Shown piece after piece: positions 12,681 through 25,141 of a DNA stretch of 64,000 nucleotides. This DNA is from Camelus ferus (lineage: Eukaryota). Made by a program: the position numbers and the translations under genes. A model generated the notes under the pieces. The model made no database searches. It had not been told where the DNA came from and saw nothing but the letters and a program-made list of their open reading frames with translations. How positions within the stretch are numbered: the first letter of the stretch is position 1; each line of letters opens with the position of its first letter. The DNA lies in the NCBI RefSeq assembly GCF_009834535.1, contig NC_045696.1, positions 68,822,001-68,886,000 of the forward strand, written 5' to 3'.

Positions 12681-13619
12681 TTCTAGGAAAGGGAAAGAAA
12701 GAGGTTAGAATGTGAGCAAGAAGGTAGAAACACACAGAGACTGGGAGAAAGAAAAACAGAGACTGAGAAATTAAGTAGCAAAGTGAAGCCTGGAGTTACA
12801 CAAGAAGAGAAGAGAGATGCTGAGAGAGGGGCTAAAAAGAGAGAAAGAACCAGGAAAGTCCAAAACGAAATTTTTAAAGGAAGATAGTGTGAGGGAGAGT
12901 ACGTAACAAAGTAGGAGGAGGTGGGGGAAAGGAAGGAAGAAAAGATGAAGGGAGAAACAGAAGGAGGTGAAGAGGGTTGAGGACAGAGTATAAAAGATGA
13001 AGGTGCAGAGTTCCTGGGAAGAAATACCAACCAGAAAATCTAGCAGAACAAGGGGAAGTGCCCTTGACCAGGGGAGGGGAGGGGCAATCAACTCTGATAC
13101 CCTGGGCGGAGCTCAGTCTTGCAGTGGGCTGCAACTGGAATATGATGATGGAAAAGGAAGATGCCAAGAGACCTTCCGGGTCAGGTAGGAGTTTTTTACC
13201 TGTAGATCCATGGACAGACAGGGCTGTGAAAGGCAGGGCTGGGGCCAAAGCAGGGATGGTGATCCTCAACATCCTTTATAGGGATGGAATCAAGACTTCA
13301 GAACTGCCCATATTAGAGATGTTTATGTAAACCCTCTCTCTCTCTTTGCCTATCTTCAGATTTAGTCTACAACCTCCCCTATTCTCCTCCCACACCATCC
13401 CTGCCCACCTCATTACTTGGCAGGAACCCTGGGCCTCAGTGAACAGCCTGGACACACTGCTGATGCACTGGAGACATCCATGGTCTCCATGTTGGGGGGA
13501 ACAGGTGGGACAGGCTAGGGCACAATCCATCCTATTGCTCAGAGAAAGATGTTCACTCAAAATTATGCCATAAGGAGGGAGGTAAGTTGATCAGTTAAGC
13601 AGAAACTTTAGTTACCCTT

Positions 13620-14061
13620 ATTGAAAAACAAAATTCAACTGAGTAGATTTGGAGATCTAATTGGCTTGATTAAATGACTCACGAATGGGGCAGCATCTTA
13701 TCTGGCAAGCACAGAGATACTCTGAGGAGTACAAAATGAAAGGCTATTTATAGAGAGGGTGGGACCTGGAACTATCAGCAAGAGAAAAATGAAAATTCAT
13801 TGGAAGAAAGCAAGAGTTCAGGGTGACGATGGCTTCTTATTGGCTGAGCAGTGGCATTTTCCCATTGGCTGGGCTTGTTGCTGGGCGAGAAGAAGATATT
13901 CCTTCCTCCTGCCAGGATAGTAAAATAATGTCGCTTCCTGACAAAAATGCAACTTCCTGTTGGGATCTATAATTGAAGACGAGTGGAGGGTGTGAGAGCT
14001 CCCTCTACAGGCCTTCCTGACTCCCAATTTTAATTGCAGTATTCCATTATTAATTTTCACA
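13620..14061 (-). mobile_element. Solo ERV1-type LTR
   Basis: gaaaaacaaaattcaactgagta...ttccattattaattttcaca; CA terminus; family not resolved. Confidence 0.55.
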
Positions 14062-14225
14062 CTCTACTCAGCACCTTATCGCTGTTTGCTTTCTCAGCAA
14101 CAAAAGTTGCTACGGTTTGGAAAAATTCCAAGTGTTATCATGAGTTGGAGTCTAAAAAATGCCATTTTTACTTCTTATGTAACTCTGCCTCTTTCTCCTA
14201 TCCAAACTGTATCTTCCCCACATAG

Positions 14226-16892
14226 GGTATTTATCTAAAGGCACATCTCTGGGGATCTGAATCCCTAGTCTATTTGTTTTGAGAAGCCTTTATCCTAGAG
14301 GAATCTAATAATTAGTCTAGCTAAAATTCACACCTTGGCCTGAGTCATGAAAGGGCAGATTGGCCAAGGAATGGGGGCATAGGTGCTACTGGAGGGAGAC
14401 AGTTTTATGTGCTCCCCAGGGCCATCCAGAGCTTTGTGAGGGGTGAACCAGAGGAGGAGTGGGGCTTCTGTTGGAATCAGAATTGTGAGAAACTTAAACC
14501 CAACTGCCATCCCCCTGGCCCAGGGCATAGGGGCTGGGGATCTGCCAAGGCATCCTTGCCAAGATGCTCTTTGGAGTTCATACTCTTAGCACCCCTTCTG
14601 GCCAAACTCCATCAAAACACACCAAAAAAGTATATAAACGTTGAGTAATCATCTGTAACAGCCCTGGACCACAGGGAATAGTGTCCCCAGTGACCCAGAA
14701 ACTGAAAGATATTTTTTCAGAGAATGATGCAGATAGGATGGGATTGAGAAGCATCTTGCCCAACTAGTCATGTGTGAAAAGAGGGTCTGAGAGGAAAATA
14801 AGTGAGTAAGAGCCCTGCCAGAATCTGCAAAAACCACCAAGTAGAGCAGGAGGGCTAAGGGTAAAGACAGGTCCTAGGCAGCTGGGGGATCCAGCAAAGG
14901 AAAGACGGGAGAGAAGGGAAGTCGTTTAAGCCATGAGCATAATCCCTGTAAACATAGTTGTGAGACAATGTAAGGTTACCTAATAATTCTTGAGAGATAA
15001 GATATACAATGCAAAAATTTAATAATCTGTGTAAATTAATATTAGATGAGCTTTATTAAGTAGCTATGTAGAGTTTGCATGCATTATCTCACGTAATCCT
15101 GATATAATACCAATGCAGTAGATCCCATAAATACATTTACTTAAAGGGTGAAGAAACGTAGGCTCAAAGAGAACTTGACCAAAACCACATAGAACCAAAA
15201 TGTTACCCAGGCTAGTCTGACTTTGAAGCCCAGGCTTCTAACAACTACAAAAGATTTCCTCTCATGTGATTCCAACAAAAACTAAGGAATTCATGAGATG
15301 GGCAGAGAGTTAGGTGTTGGGAAGCCAGCACACCATGTGATATTATTCTCAGTTTTCCCACGTGGAAGTGAAGTGTAGTATGATTAGAGGCCATTCTTTA
15401 AAATCTCTTCCATCCCAAATAATTTGTGAAGTTGACCCCCTGTAGACTCTTTCAGGAATGATATCTCCAGGTTGTGCTGTTGTGTTGTTTTTTTAAAAGG
15501 TTCACACTTGATGGATGATGGTGAACAAGAAAGTGCTATCAGATTCTAACAATAGAAAATTATCACTTCAGTATTTTCCAGGGTCAGGATGCAAGTATAA
15601 TTGGAAAAGTGTGCTTGAAAAGTGTTGCCCCATCCCGTCCTGTGGCATCTCCCTGGCTACACCAGCTCATTGAAAGCAGTGATCATGGGAAATGGGGGGC
15701 AAGTTTGGACAGAATGACTTGATGACCCGGTGAAATCAGATGGGGAGAGACCATTTTGAGGATAACTCACTGCTGAGTGGTTTGTCATATGTTCTAGGAA
15801 ATGAGGGTGGAGCAGAAGGTGGAATGAAAATAAAAGCACTATTTCACTACTCATCATGTTGAACACTGAGGCACAGACAGCATCACGATCGTAGCGCCCA
15901 GTGACCAAATATAAAACACAAAGGAGAGGGGTGTTCTCCCGGATGGAATGCCATGGGGCTTTGGCACATGGTAGCTCCACTGCATCATGATCATCAATCC
16001 CAGTGGAACTATGGTACCCAGGACAGCAGCAGCAATGCCCAGTGGGACAAGGTGATACCTGTTGGGAGATGATGGTTCTTGAGAAAAGATAGTAGAGTGC
16101 AAAAGAAAGCAAGTATCAAAAATATCCAGCAACGAGGATGGTGTGCAGCTGGAAAATGGCAATGCAGAAACAGGAGCAGCAGGATTCAGTGAAATGGACA
16201 GATCCAGAACGAGTGTCAGCAGAGCCTGTGGTTGGCAGATAGAGCAATGCCCCACAGTAGAGAGCCAGGACAGAAACAGGAAAATCATGGCTGCCCTTGT
16301 AACTCACAGAGATGACTGTTGGGAAAGGGGTTCCTTTATTAAACTGATACTGTATTCCCCAAAACTATCAGGGCGAGGAAGAATCTACTCTTTGGGGAGA
16401 TAGTTGAACTTAACAGTCTCTGGTTCTCATTCCTTGAGATCCACCCTCTGTGTTGGTCAGGAGCTAGCAGCCAACTTGCAATCAAAAGCATCAGATGGTT
16501 GCTTATCCTGACATCTCTGAGCCATGGCCTCCCTCCAGACTTATGTGAGGAAAATAAATTCCTGTTTGTTTAAGCCAGTGCTGGACTAGTTTATGTTGTA
16601 ATTATGAGCATAGTATTTCCAACCTCAAAAATAAATGAAAGGAATGACACCTTAGAACACACAGCTGGGTACCATGTGTACCTCGGCTCAGAGCCCCCAA
16701 ACCCCAACCCATCATGTGCTTCTCTTTACTGGGTCCTCTGTCAGCTACTGACCTTGTTGATGTCAGTGGCCATCTATTATTCATCACCTAAAAATACTTC
16801 AAGCACAAGACTCCCCAAAGTTCAGACCCAAGAGAGAAAGAGCTAAAATAAGCAAGAGGCCAACCAAGATTCCAGGGATCATTTTGGTGGGG
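14226..16892 (+). pseudogene. Decayed SCAN exon, linker exon and KRAB-A exon (unit A)
   Basis: Acceptor ccccacatag|14226; SFVRGEPEEEWGFCWNQ..NCHPPGP resembles the SCAN-preceding GLVIVKVEEE..W.Q..PPGP; HTKK 14618; CTGTAACAGCCCTGGACC ~ LEQFLT 14653. Exon at 15500 contains GAACAAGAAAGTGCTATCAGA ~ GQEVLSE. 16745-16783 reads LLT..DVAIYYS ~ KRAB-A LLTFEDVAIYFS. Confidence 0.5.
16200..16602 (+). mobile_element. MLT1 LTR fragment
   Basis: tgtgaggaaaataaattcctgtttgtttaagccag 3' end. Confidence 0.6.
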
Positions 16893-17136
16893 GTGGGGAG
16901 GCAGTTGTTGTTTTACCTATTTTATAAATAGGAGAGAGACATGCACTAGTTTACAGCACCCATAGAGAGGGAGGGATTGAAAATACAGAATTCTGAGAGA
17001 ATAAATGATAGCACAAGATAAGGGAATTTTCCTGAACAGAAGAGTAAGTTCTTATTCTTCTGGGACTAGACAAAAAAGGAGGTGATAACTAGACAAAGAT
17101 TCAGGTGTGAAAGAAAAATCAAAATGGAGTTGGTAT

Positions 17137-17580
17137 TGCTAAGAGAGCTAAAAGGGAGCCAGGAGGCCACTGAGGAAGTGTGACTTATGCACATCTCAGC
17201 CTGGATGGAACCTGACCTTTTGACTACTTTCTTGTCCTAAAAAGACATCCAGAATATCTACCAGAAACTCAGGATACTTGTTAGATCCTTATCCTAAAAT
17301 GACTTGAGACAGCCTCTCTACTTATCAAACTCCTACCCTAAAATAAATTGTGAGTCCTTAAGGACAAATATTTCCTGACTTGCATCAGTCGATCACAGTT
17401 CTCGCCAGGCAATTTTTAACAACCTTGTGGCTTTTTGTCTTTCTAATCCCCTGACTCTTTCTCTTCCCCAGAACATTCTTTAGGTTTTACCCAAGTCGGG
17501 TTCTCCTGAATTGCAATTCTCAAGACCTTAAATAAATGCTTTGCTTATTTGCAGCCTCCTGCATTGTTTTTTGGTTGACA
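17137..17580 (+). mobile_element. Solo ERV1-type LTR
   Basis: TG...TTGACA termini; AATAAA near 17532 followed by a U5-like tail. Confidence 0.65.
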
Positions 17581-17994
17581 CGGGTGTGCAGGCAGGAAAC
17601 TAAAGGAATGAAGTTGAAGAGAAGGTTCTACCAGGTGGAAGATACATATGAAAAGTTAGGATGAAGGCTTGAGGAGAAGTGATGGTGGTTTGGAAGAACC
17701 TTTGGGAGGAATAGACGAGGAGCTATTTGAACAGGTGAGGAGGTCACCAGAGGATTTGCCCCAGGCTTACATATAATCAAATTAGACTTCTGGTTAGAAA
17801 TGGCAGCAACCTAAATACTTGCCTTTATTTCTACTCCCTTCCCACACCACATAAATACCAGATAAAATGATTTTTTAATATAAATTTATTAGGACAGACA
17901 GAATGGGAAGTGAGACTATAAAGGTCAGGAGAATTTAATACAACTTTAGAAAACAGAATCGGTCAGATGAGTACTAACAAAAAGTAAATCATCA

Positions 17995-18133
17995 AAAAAA
18001 AGTGACAATGAATATATGTATGTTCATGTATAACTGAAAAATTGTGCTCTACACTGGAATTTGACACAACATTGTAAAATGACTATAACGCAATAAAAAT
18101 ATTTTAAAAAATAAAAATGTTACACACACACAC
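17995..18133 (+). mobile_element. Young 5'-truncated camelid L1 3' end with perfect TSD
   Basis: TSD acaaaaagtaaatcatca at 17977-17994 and 18134-18151. Confidence 0.85.
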
Positions 18134-19299
18134 ACAAAAAGTAAATCATCAGTAGTCAGAAAACTGGAAGTGAAGTGCCTGCAGGTAAAAGCAGAATGCA
18201 TCACTCACCTGAGGCATCAGCACCACCTGGAAGCTTGTTAGAACTCCAACACTCTGGCCCCACCATAGACCTAGTGAATAAGAATCTCTGGGAGTGGGTC
18301 CTGATAACTGTGCTTCAGCAAGCTTTTCAGGTGATTTTTATGCAAATTAAGTTTGAAAAGCACTGCAATAAGTAAGGTATCAAAACCCAGAGTTTTGGGA
18401 ATGATAAGCACCTGGTATTCTCTGAGGACAGGGGTTCTGAGTGAGGCCAAACTTCAAAAGAACTAACTGAAAGTCAGTTTGAAGAGGGGTTAGAATCCCA
18501 GATTTCTTCCTTCAGTTCAAGCAGCCAGTTAACTGCACAAACAAGAAGTTTACTCTCAGAAAATGACGACGTGGGTCGACTTGACTTGAGGCAGAAGGAC
18601 CAGAAATGGCTGAAAGTAAAAATGAGTCAACACACTCAAAACAGGGAGATGAGAGGAAAATCTGCTTATTAAAGTAAACTTCTCTCTCTTGGCTTCCAAA
18701 ATGTTGGAAAGCAAGTGTGTTATTATCTCCCTCCCCAAGCAGGACATGGGAGAAGTTCTCCATAGTTAGACTGAGTAGCCTACAAGTACTGACATAATGG
18801 GGTAACCCCTCCCCCCCCAAAAAAGGCTGGGTCTCTTGCTGCCCAGCTACCCTGTAGTGAGGCTCACCAGCCTACAATCCCCACCAGAGCACTTCCAATT
18901 TCAGTGCCTCTTTTAAGTAAGAAAAGGGAGCCAAAGATCACAAGACATTTGAAGAAAGAATATAATGTGAAAGTCACAAAAGTAGACCCCCCTGCAAAAA
19001 AAAGGAGTTGAAGAAAGGCAATGCAAGAAGCAGAGAAAAATAACTCAAAACTATAATTAATGCCCTCTGAAAGATTAAAGATATTGCATACATGAAACAA
19101 GAAGGCTATAGAGTACTTGAAGAATAAAAATCATTCTTAGAAATTTTAAGAGTCTTTAGGAAAAATCAAAATTGAAATAAAAGAATTGAAAGGTAACGTT
19201 GAGGAGATTGCTAAGAAATCAGAACAACAACAAAAAGGCGAAGAGAACACAGGAGAAAAGAGATAAGAAAATCAGAGGATTGACCCAAGAGACTCAATG

Positions 19300-20210
19300 T
19301 TTTTAGGAAACTCCATACTGCTTTCCACAGCAGCTACAGCATTTTGCATTCCCACCAACAGTGCACAAGGGTTCCAATTCCTCAACGTCCTCATCAACAC
19401 TTGTTGTCTTTTTTTTTTTTTTTTTGACTAATAGTTATCATGACGGGGGTATAAGACAATATCACATTGTCATTTTGATTTGCATTTCTCTGATGATTAA
19501 TGATGTTGAGCATTTTAAAAAATATCTGTTGGCCAGTTGTATGTCTTCTTTGGCAAAATATATATTCAAGTCCTTAGCCCATTTTTCAATTGGATTATTG
19601 GGTTTTATGCTAGTTGAGTTGTAGGAACTCCTTATCTATTTTGAAGATTAAACCTTTAACTACTGTGTGATCCACTAATCCTACTTCTGGGGATTTATTC
19701 ACAAGAATTGAAATCAGGGTCTCAAAGAAACATTAGGACTTTCGTGTTCACTGCTACACTATACACAATAGCCGAGATGTGGAAACAACCCAAATGTCTG
19801 TTGATAAATGGATAAAGAAAATGTGGTATATATATTCAATGAAATACCACTGAGCCTTAAAAAAAAGAAGGACAATATCTGACAACATGGATGAGCCTTG
19901 AGAACATTATACTCATTGAAATAAGCCAGTCACTGAAATGGTGCATGATTCCACTTATTTGAGGTGTCTAAAACAGTCAAATTCAGAGTCGAAGAGTAGA
20001 ATGGTGGTTGCCAGGGGCTTGGGAGGAGAAAGCAGGGAGTTACTAACCATGGGCATAAAGTTTCAGTTAAGCAAGATGAATAAGCTCTAGAGACTACTGT
20101 CCAGCATTGCCTCTGTAGTCAACAACAATGAATGACACTCTTAAAAATTTGTTAAGAGGCTAGCTCTCATGTTATGTGTCCTGACCACAATAAAATAATT
20201 TTTTAAAAAA
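19300..20210 (+). mobile_element. L1MA-type element with 5' inversion
   Basis: 19300-19655 is minus-strand ORF2; 19657-20210 is the adjoining plus-strand 3' end. Confidence 0.8.
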
Positions 20211-22754
20211 TCCGGGTTTCAACATCTGCCCTAAAAACCAGCCAAGGAAGGATTCTAAAGAGGAGAAACCCCTCTGATGCAGAGAAAAACCTCATCTCTG
20301 TCAAAAATGAAGTCACCAAAGCAACTATGCTAAAGATCCATGCAAGGATCCTATTAAAAACAAATGAAGAAAAGAAAAGAAAACAAACAGGATATAAAGG
20401 ACATTTATCAGAGGAAAAAAAGTTGCTTTGGATAACTTGAAAATTATGACTATTTTACCACAAAAGTTTAAAAAATTAAAGATTTGATTGCAAAATTGAA
20501 AGAACATACAGTGTCCCAGGAAAAAGTAACACAGAGACCTCCCGTAAAACAAAGTTACTGAACTTCAAAGACAAAGAATTCTTTGGGGAGCTATGCAAAA
20601 ATAGTAAGTCATTTACAAAGGACAAAAACAAGGCTGATCTCAGATTTCTCAAGAGCAAATTTCCATTCCAGTAAATTGTGGAGCAATGCTTATAAATCCT
20701 CAAGAGAAATCATAACCGAAGACTATTTTACACATTCAAAATGTCACTCAAGTGCAAAGGTGAGAAATAAACATTTTGAATATTTGATGAGCCCTTCTAG
20801 TAGAAAATGCTAGAAAGATGAACTTCAGTCAGCCAAGAGATAAATGAGAAAAACAATAGGACTGGCATTGAGATGGATCTACTTTACTGTAGGACAAAGA
20901 TTAAAGCAAATGCAGGGGTTACGGTAACAATGCAGAATGTAAAAGTAATAATCCTGACTGAATGGAAACAACATATATATAACAGATTTGAGAAAATAAT
21001 TGGGAGAATTAGTAGGTACTAGTATTTGCTGAAATCACTCGTGCTTTATAGCAAGAGGTCAAAAGATATCATTGGAAGCTGATAAATCAAGTAAAAGTAA
21101 TGGAAGTTTATTCAGCAATACAAAGGTAAGTGCTAAGAAAAATGGCAACTAAAATTGAATGGAGGGGGGAAGAGGAAGCCAAAGGAAATACACTAATTTG
21201 TGGCTGCCCCCCATGTGGAGTTAGATTCTGTCTAAACAGACATAGTATTAAACATTTTAAGTTACAGTCAGAATTATTTTAGGTCAAAAATAAATATTTT
21301 TCAAGTATTCAAATAAACACACACATTCTAAACAATTACAAAACACACTGCGTGGTAGATATGAAGATACAAAAACATAAAACTAAATAATATGACAGAA
21401 CTAAGCTAAAAATATTTGCTCTGTGAAAGACTCTGTTAAGAAGATAAGACAAGCTACAGAATGAGTGAAGATATCTGCAAAACACGTGCCTGACAAAGAG
21501 CTAGTATTTAGACTATGTATTTAAAAAAACTCTCAAAACTCAACAGTAAAATAGAGACAAGTTGGTAAAAGGGAACAAATTTTCAGTTATAAGATGAATT
21601 AGGTCTAAGGCTCTGATGTAAAACATGGTATCTATAGTTGATAACACTGTGCTGTATCATTGAAATTGGCTGAGAGTAGAACTTAAATGTTCTCACCCCC
21701 CCCAAAAAAAGGTAAATATATGATGGTTGCCTTAATTAATTCAAAGAGAGGAAAGCTTTCATGATGTATATGTATATTAAATCATGTTGTACACTTTAAA
21801 TACCTTACAATTTCGCTTATCAATTATGCCTCAATAAAGCTGTGGGGGAAACCACAATAATAATCAAAAAAAAACCCCAAACAGTTCACCGAAGAGGATA
21901 CATAGATTGCAAACCAGCATTTAAAAAGACATTCAACATTATTAGCCAACTGAGAAGTGCAAATTAAAACCACAGTGAGATATCACTACATACCTAGCAG
22001 AATAACTAAAATAAAAAATAGTGACAACACCAACTGCTGGTGAGAATGCAGAGAAATTAGATGACCTCTAACTTGCTGGTGGGAATATAAAATGATACAG
22101 CCACTCCAGAAAGCAATTTGGCAGTTTCTGAAAAACTGAACATGCATTTACCATGCAACTCAGCAATTGCATTTCTGGGCATTTCTTACACAGAAACCTG
22201 TACATAAATGTTCACAGCAACTTCATTTGTAAAGGCCCAAAACTGAAATCAGCCCAGATGTCCTCCAGCTGGTGAAGAGTTAAACAAATTGTGGCATATT
22301 CCTCATAGAGTACTACTCAGCACCAAAAAAGGCACAAATGACTCAGAGAAAACAGCTGAGATGAATCTCCAGAGAATTATGCCAAGTAAAAAATGCCAAT
22401 CCCAAAAGGTTACATACTGAGTGTTTCTGTTTATATTTCAATCCTTCAATGACATAATTATAGAGATGGAAAACAGACTAGTAGTTACCATGGATTAAAG
22501 ACGGAGTGGGGATAGGTGGTAAGTGGGTGTGGCCATTAAAGAGCAACATGAAGAATTCTTCTGGTGATGGAAATGTTCTGTATCTTGACTATATCAATCT
22601 CAATATCCTGGTTGAATATTTTAGGATATGTTTATAGGATGTTACCTTTGGGGAGAACTGGCTAAAGGGCACAGAGGATCTCCTTGTATTACTTCTGACA
22701 ACTGCTCATGAAAGGACAATTATCTCAAGTTGTAAAATTTAATTTTTAAATGCT

Positions 22755-23745
22755 GATAGGTTTATTTTTTGCCTTCAAAGTTACTAACCATAGATACAAT
22801 GAAGTTTTTAACATTGATACACAAGTTATTTCAAGAAAACAATTTAAAGAATCATATTTGGATATCATTTTCTGAGTACTAGCTGCAGTTGAGTGATAAG
22901 AAGTAACATCATGGGTCATGTCATTTCATAAACAACACTGTCTCCGAGACTTAAAAAAGAAAAACCCCATCATAACCCCAGCATTATAGAATTCATTACT
23001 AAAACTAGGAGAACTACCTTGAATGATGTAAGTCTCCCATTAACAACCAGTAAAAGTTTGAATGTCTTAGCCTGCATAAGAAAACCAGGTCTAAGAAGAA
23101 AAACACTTTTAAAATATTTTGTTCACTATTTGAGATGACTGGAATGCTTTGCTTCAATCAAAAAAGTAAAAAGTAGAAGACTAACATATCTTTCAAAGGC
23201 ATTTGAAAGTTAAAGTCCTTCCACTGCAAGAAAATAAGATCAATCTCATTAAATGAAGGAAATTATGGTGAGATTTAATCAACAAATGTATGTCATGTTA
23301 AACTCACTTACCAATACCTTTCAAAATTTCCATCTTTGTATGGGTTAAATAAGGATAGGCTTAAAGACAGATTTGCAAATATACCGACTTTGAGTATGAT
23401 GATTAGATTTAAAGATCTGTGTGATTAATCCTTTTGTGATTATGTAAAAATGCTAGTCAATATTTGCAGGATAACATAGGTAGATAAGATACCTGGTCTA
23501 CCCTTGGATGATTTAATCGGTGTAAGGAGGAAGGGTTTTGTGTATACAATTCGAACTTTCATATCCACTTGTTTGCAAAGAAGGGTCTTATAATATAGCA
23601 TCTCCAACTACAAATCTGAAAAAGATTTCAGCGTACCACTGCAGTTACTGCAAAGATGAACGAGGTAAACTGTTAACATTTAACAGCTTTGATATTCCTT
23701 TAAAGTTAGAACTAAATTAGCATAGATACTGTATTAGCAGCAATC
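22755..23745 (+). mobile_element. Fossil C-terminal half of a hAT Charlie/Buster-type transposase
   Basis: Ordered motifs across frameshifts: LFQENNL 22826, HKQH 22927 (HCxxHRQHL), IEFITKTRRTTLND 22986, KFECLSLHKKTR 23054 (FERLLLHTEVRW), LTYLSKAFE 23181, LQENKINLIK 23224, VINPF 23421, SYPL ~23558, ASPTTNL..FS (dimerisation domain). Confidence 0.75.
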
Positions 23746-23899
23746 TTACTAACTTTTGTGAATATTATTTTAAAATAAAAGTACCATTTAAAATTTAGTT
23801 GCCTAAGAAATCTGTGATATGGACATATCATCTTGACTCGTGGCAGGGAGATAAGGCATTTGTGATCGAGGAAGAAACAGCTCAGAATGGTGGTCCTGG

Positions 23900-24600
23900 T
23901 CTCTGAAAGCCTGAGGTTGCTCACGGACAAGAGGGCGCCTCCTCGAGGCCTTGGCGGTTCCTCGCTTGTTGACCCACTCGAGGCCAGGCTGTTTGTCTCT
24001 GGCTCTCACCTCCCAAGGTATGAGAATCTTTTACTAGTTTACCTAACACTAGTCTGCGCTGTGCGCTAAGCCCTTTGCGGGGCGGCAGATGAGGCACTGA
24101 GGCCAGACCAAGGACAGCTGAGTAACTGGAACTCCACAGCGGCTCAGAGCGCATCATACTCAGCAATCACCCCGCCCCCGGCCGCTCCTCAGAGGGGCGT
24201 GGCCGGAGGCGGGGGCGGGGCCTGTCGCCTGGGAAACCACGTGCTGTGCAGCCGTGCACTTCCGGCCTCAGTTTCCGTTGAACGGCGGCAGGTAGTCGGG
24301 GTGGACCGTTGCTGCCCGCAGACGCCAGCGAAGGAAGAAGGGTCTTTGAGGCTCAGAGCCACCGAGACCCCAGCTCCTCTTAGCCGACTGGCCCCCCACT
24401 AATCTATGCGTCGAGGTCCGCGTGCCCCTCCCCTGGGAAAAGCTGAAGTGCGGACGCCTGAAAGAACCGCTGCTGGGCATGGGTAAGAAAGTTCCCTCCT
24501 CAACCTCACCCTCAGCCTGGTCCACCCAGCAGGGTTGAAGGCAGCAAACTATGCCACAGCAGTAGCTTCTGGAGGTCACTCATCGTCGCCACCTGTTCCT
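23900..24600 (+). promoter_or_regulatory. CpG-island promoter with probable first exon (~24270-24482)
   Basis: Only CpG-dense non-coding block in the window. GC boxes (~24171-24222), X-box-like GTCGCCTGGGAAAC 24224-24237, CACGTG 24238-24243, ETS site CACTTCCGG 24257-24265, Inr-like TCAGTTT at ~24270, CCGTTGAACGG (MYB-like palindrome) 24275-24285, donor TGG|GTAAGA at 24482/24483. Confidence 0.8.
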
Positions 24601-24956
24601 GGCTTGGAGAGGCGGAAATCTGACTTTGAAGTAGCTTTGAAGGGATTCTTGCTCAGGCCTTTTTTAGTGGTCAGTCTGTTGTTGCCCAATTAGGGTCCAC
24701 AGAAGCTGACCTTATGAACACCCAGGATGTGAGAGATACTAATTAGTGGTTGAATCAACAAAGAATGTGTCTCACCTACCTACTTCATCCCCTCGCTACC
24801 TCTTTCCTAAGGGTTCTCACTGGCTCAAAAAAGTTTCTTCCTCAGTGAATTCCAGTAGATTAAGATTTTGGAGTCTCCTTTAAGGTTCAGGTCCTCAAGG
24901 ATAGTCCAGGGAATCTCCCCACTTCCTTTCTTCCTCCAGAGACATAAGCCCCAACT

Positions 24957-25141
24957 AGGACCGGCTTCATAGAGGTACAGCCTGTGCAGTCACAAGGCTC
25001 CCTGCTCAGAAGGACGCTGTCCTCAGAGGGCCCTGTGCTTGTTTTAACGCTCTGTGGTGGAAATCTTAAAAGTTCTTAATTTTTGAATAAAGGGCCCCAA
25101 TTTGCACTTTTCACTGGGCCCAGCAGATTATGCACTAACTC
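24957..25141 (+). mobile_element. MER45A-like hAT MITE
   Basis: ggaccggcttcat..cctgtgcagtc..ctcagaagg..cactgggccc..attatg matches the MER45A consensus as recalled. Confidence 0.75.

Larger units (their letters stand above)
17780..22750 (+). mobile_element. Block of nested L1 fragments of several ages (mostly +), with a MER5A at ~18205-18365
   Basis: L1 5' gacttctggttagaaatggc, ORF1-like purine-rich tracts, several ORF2/3' UTR ends. Confidence 0.8.

Noticed and set aside
12683..13272. Overlapping 100-130 aa minus-strand ORFs
   Set aside because: They arise from a low-complexity purine-rich tract; the products are F/S/L/P-biased.
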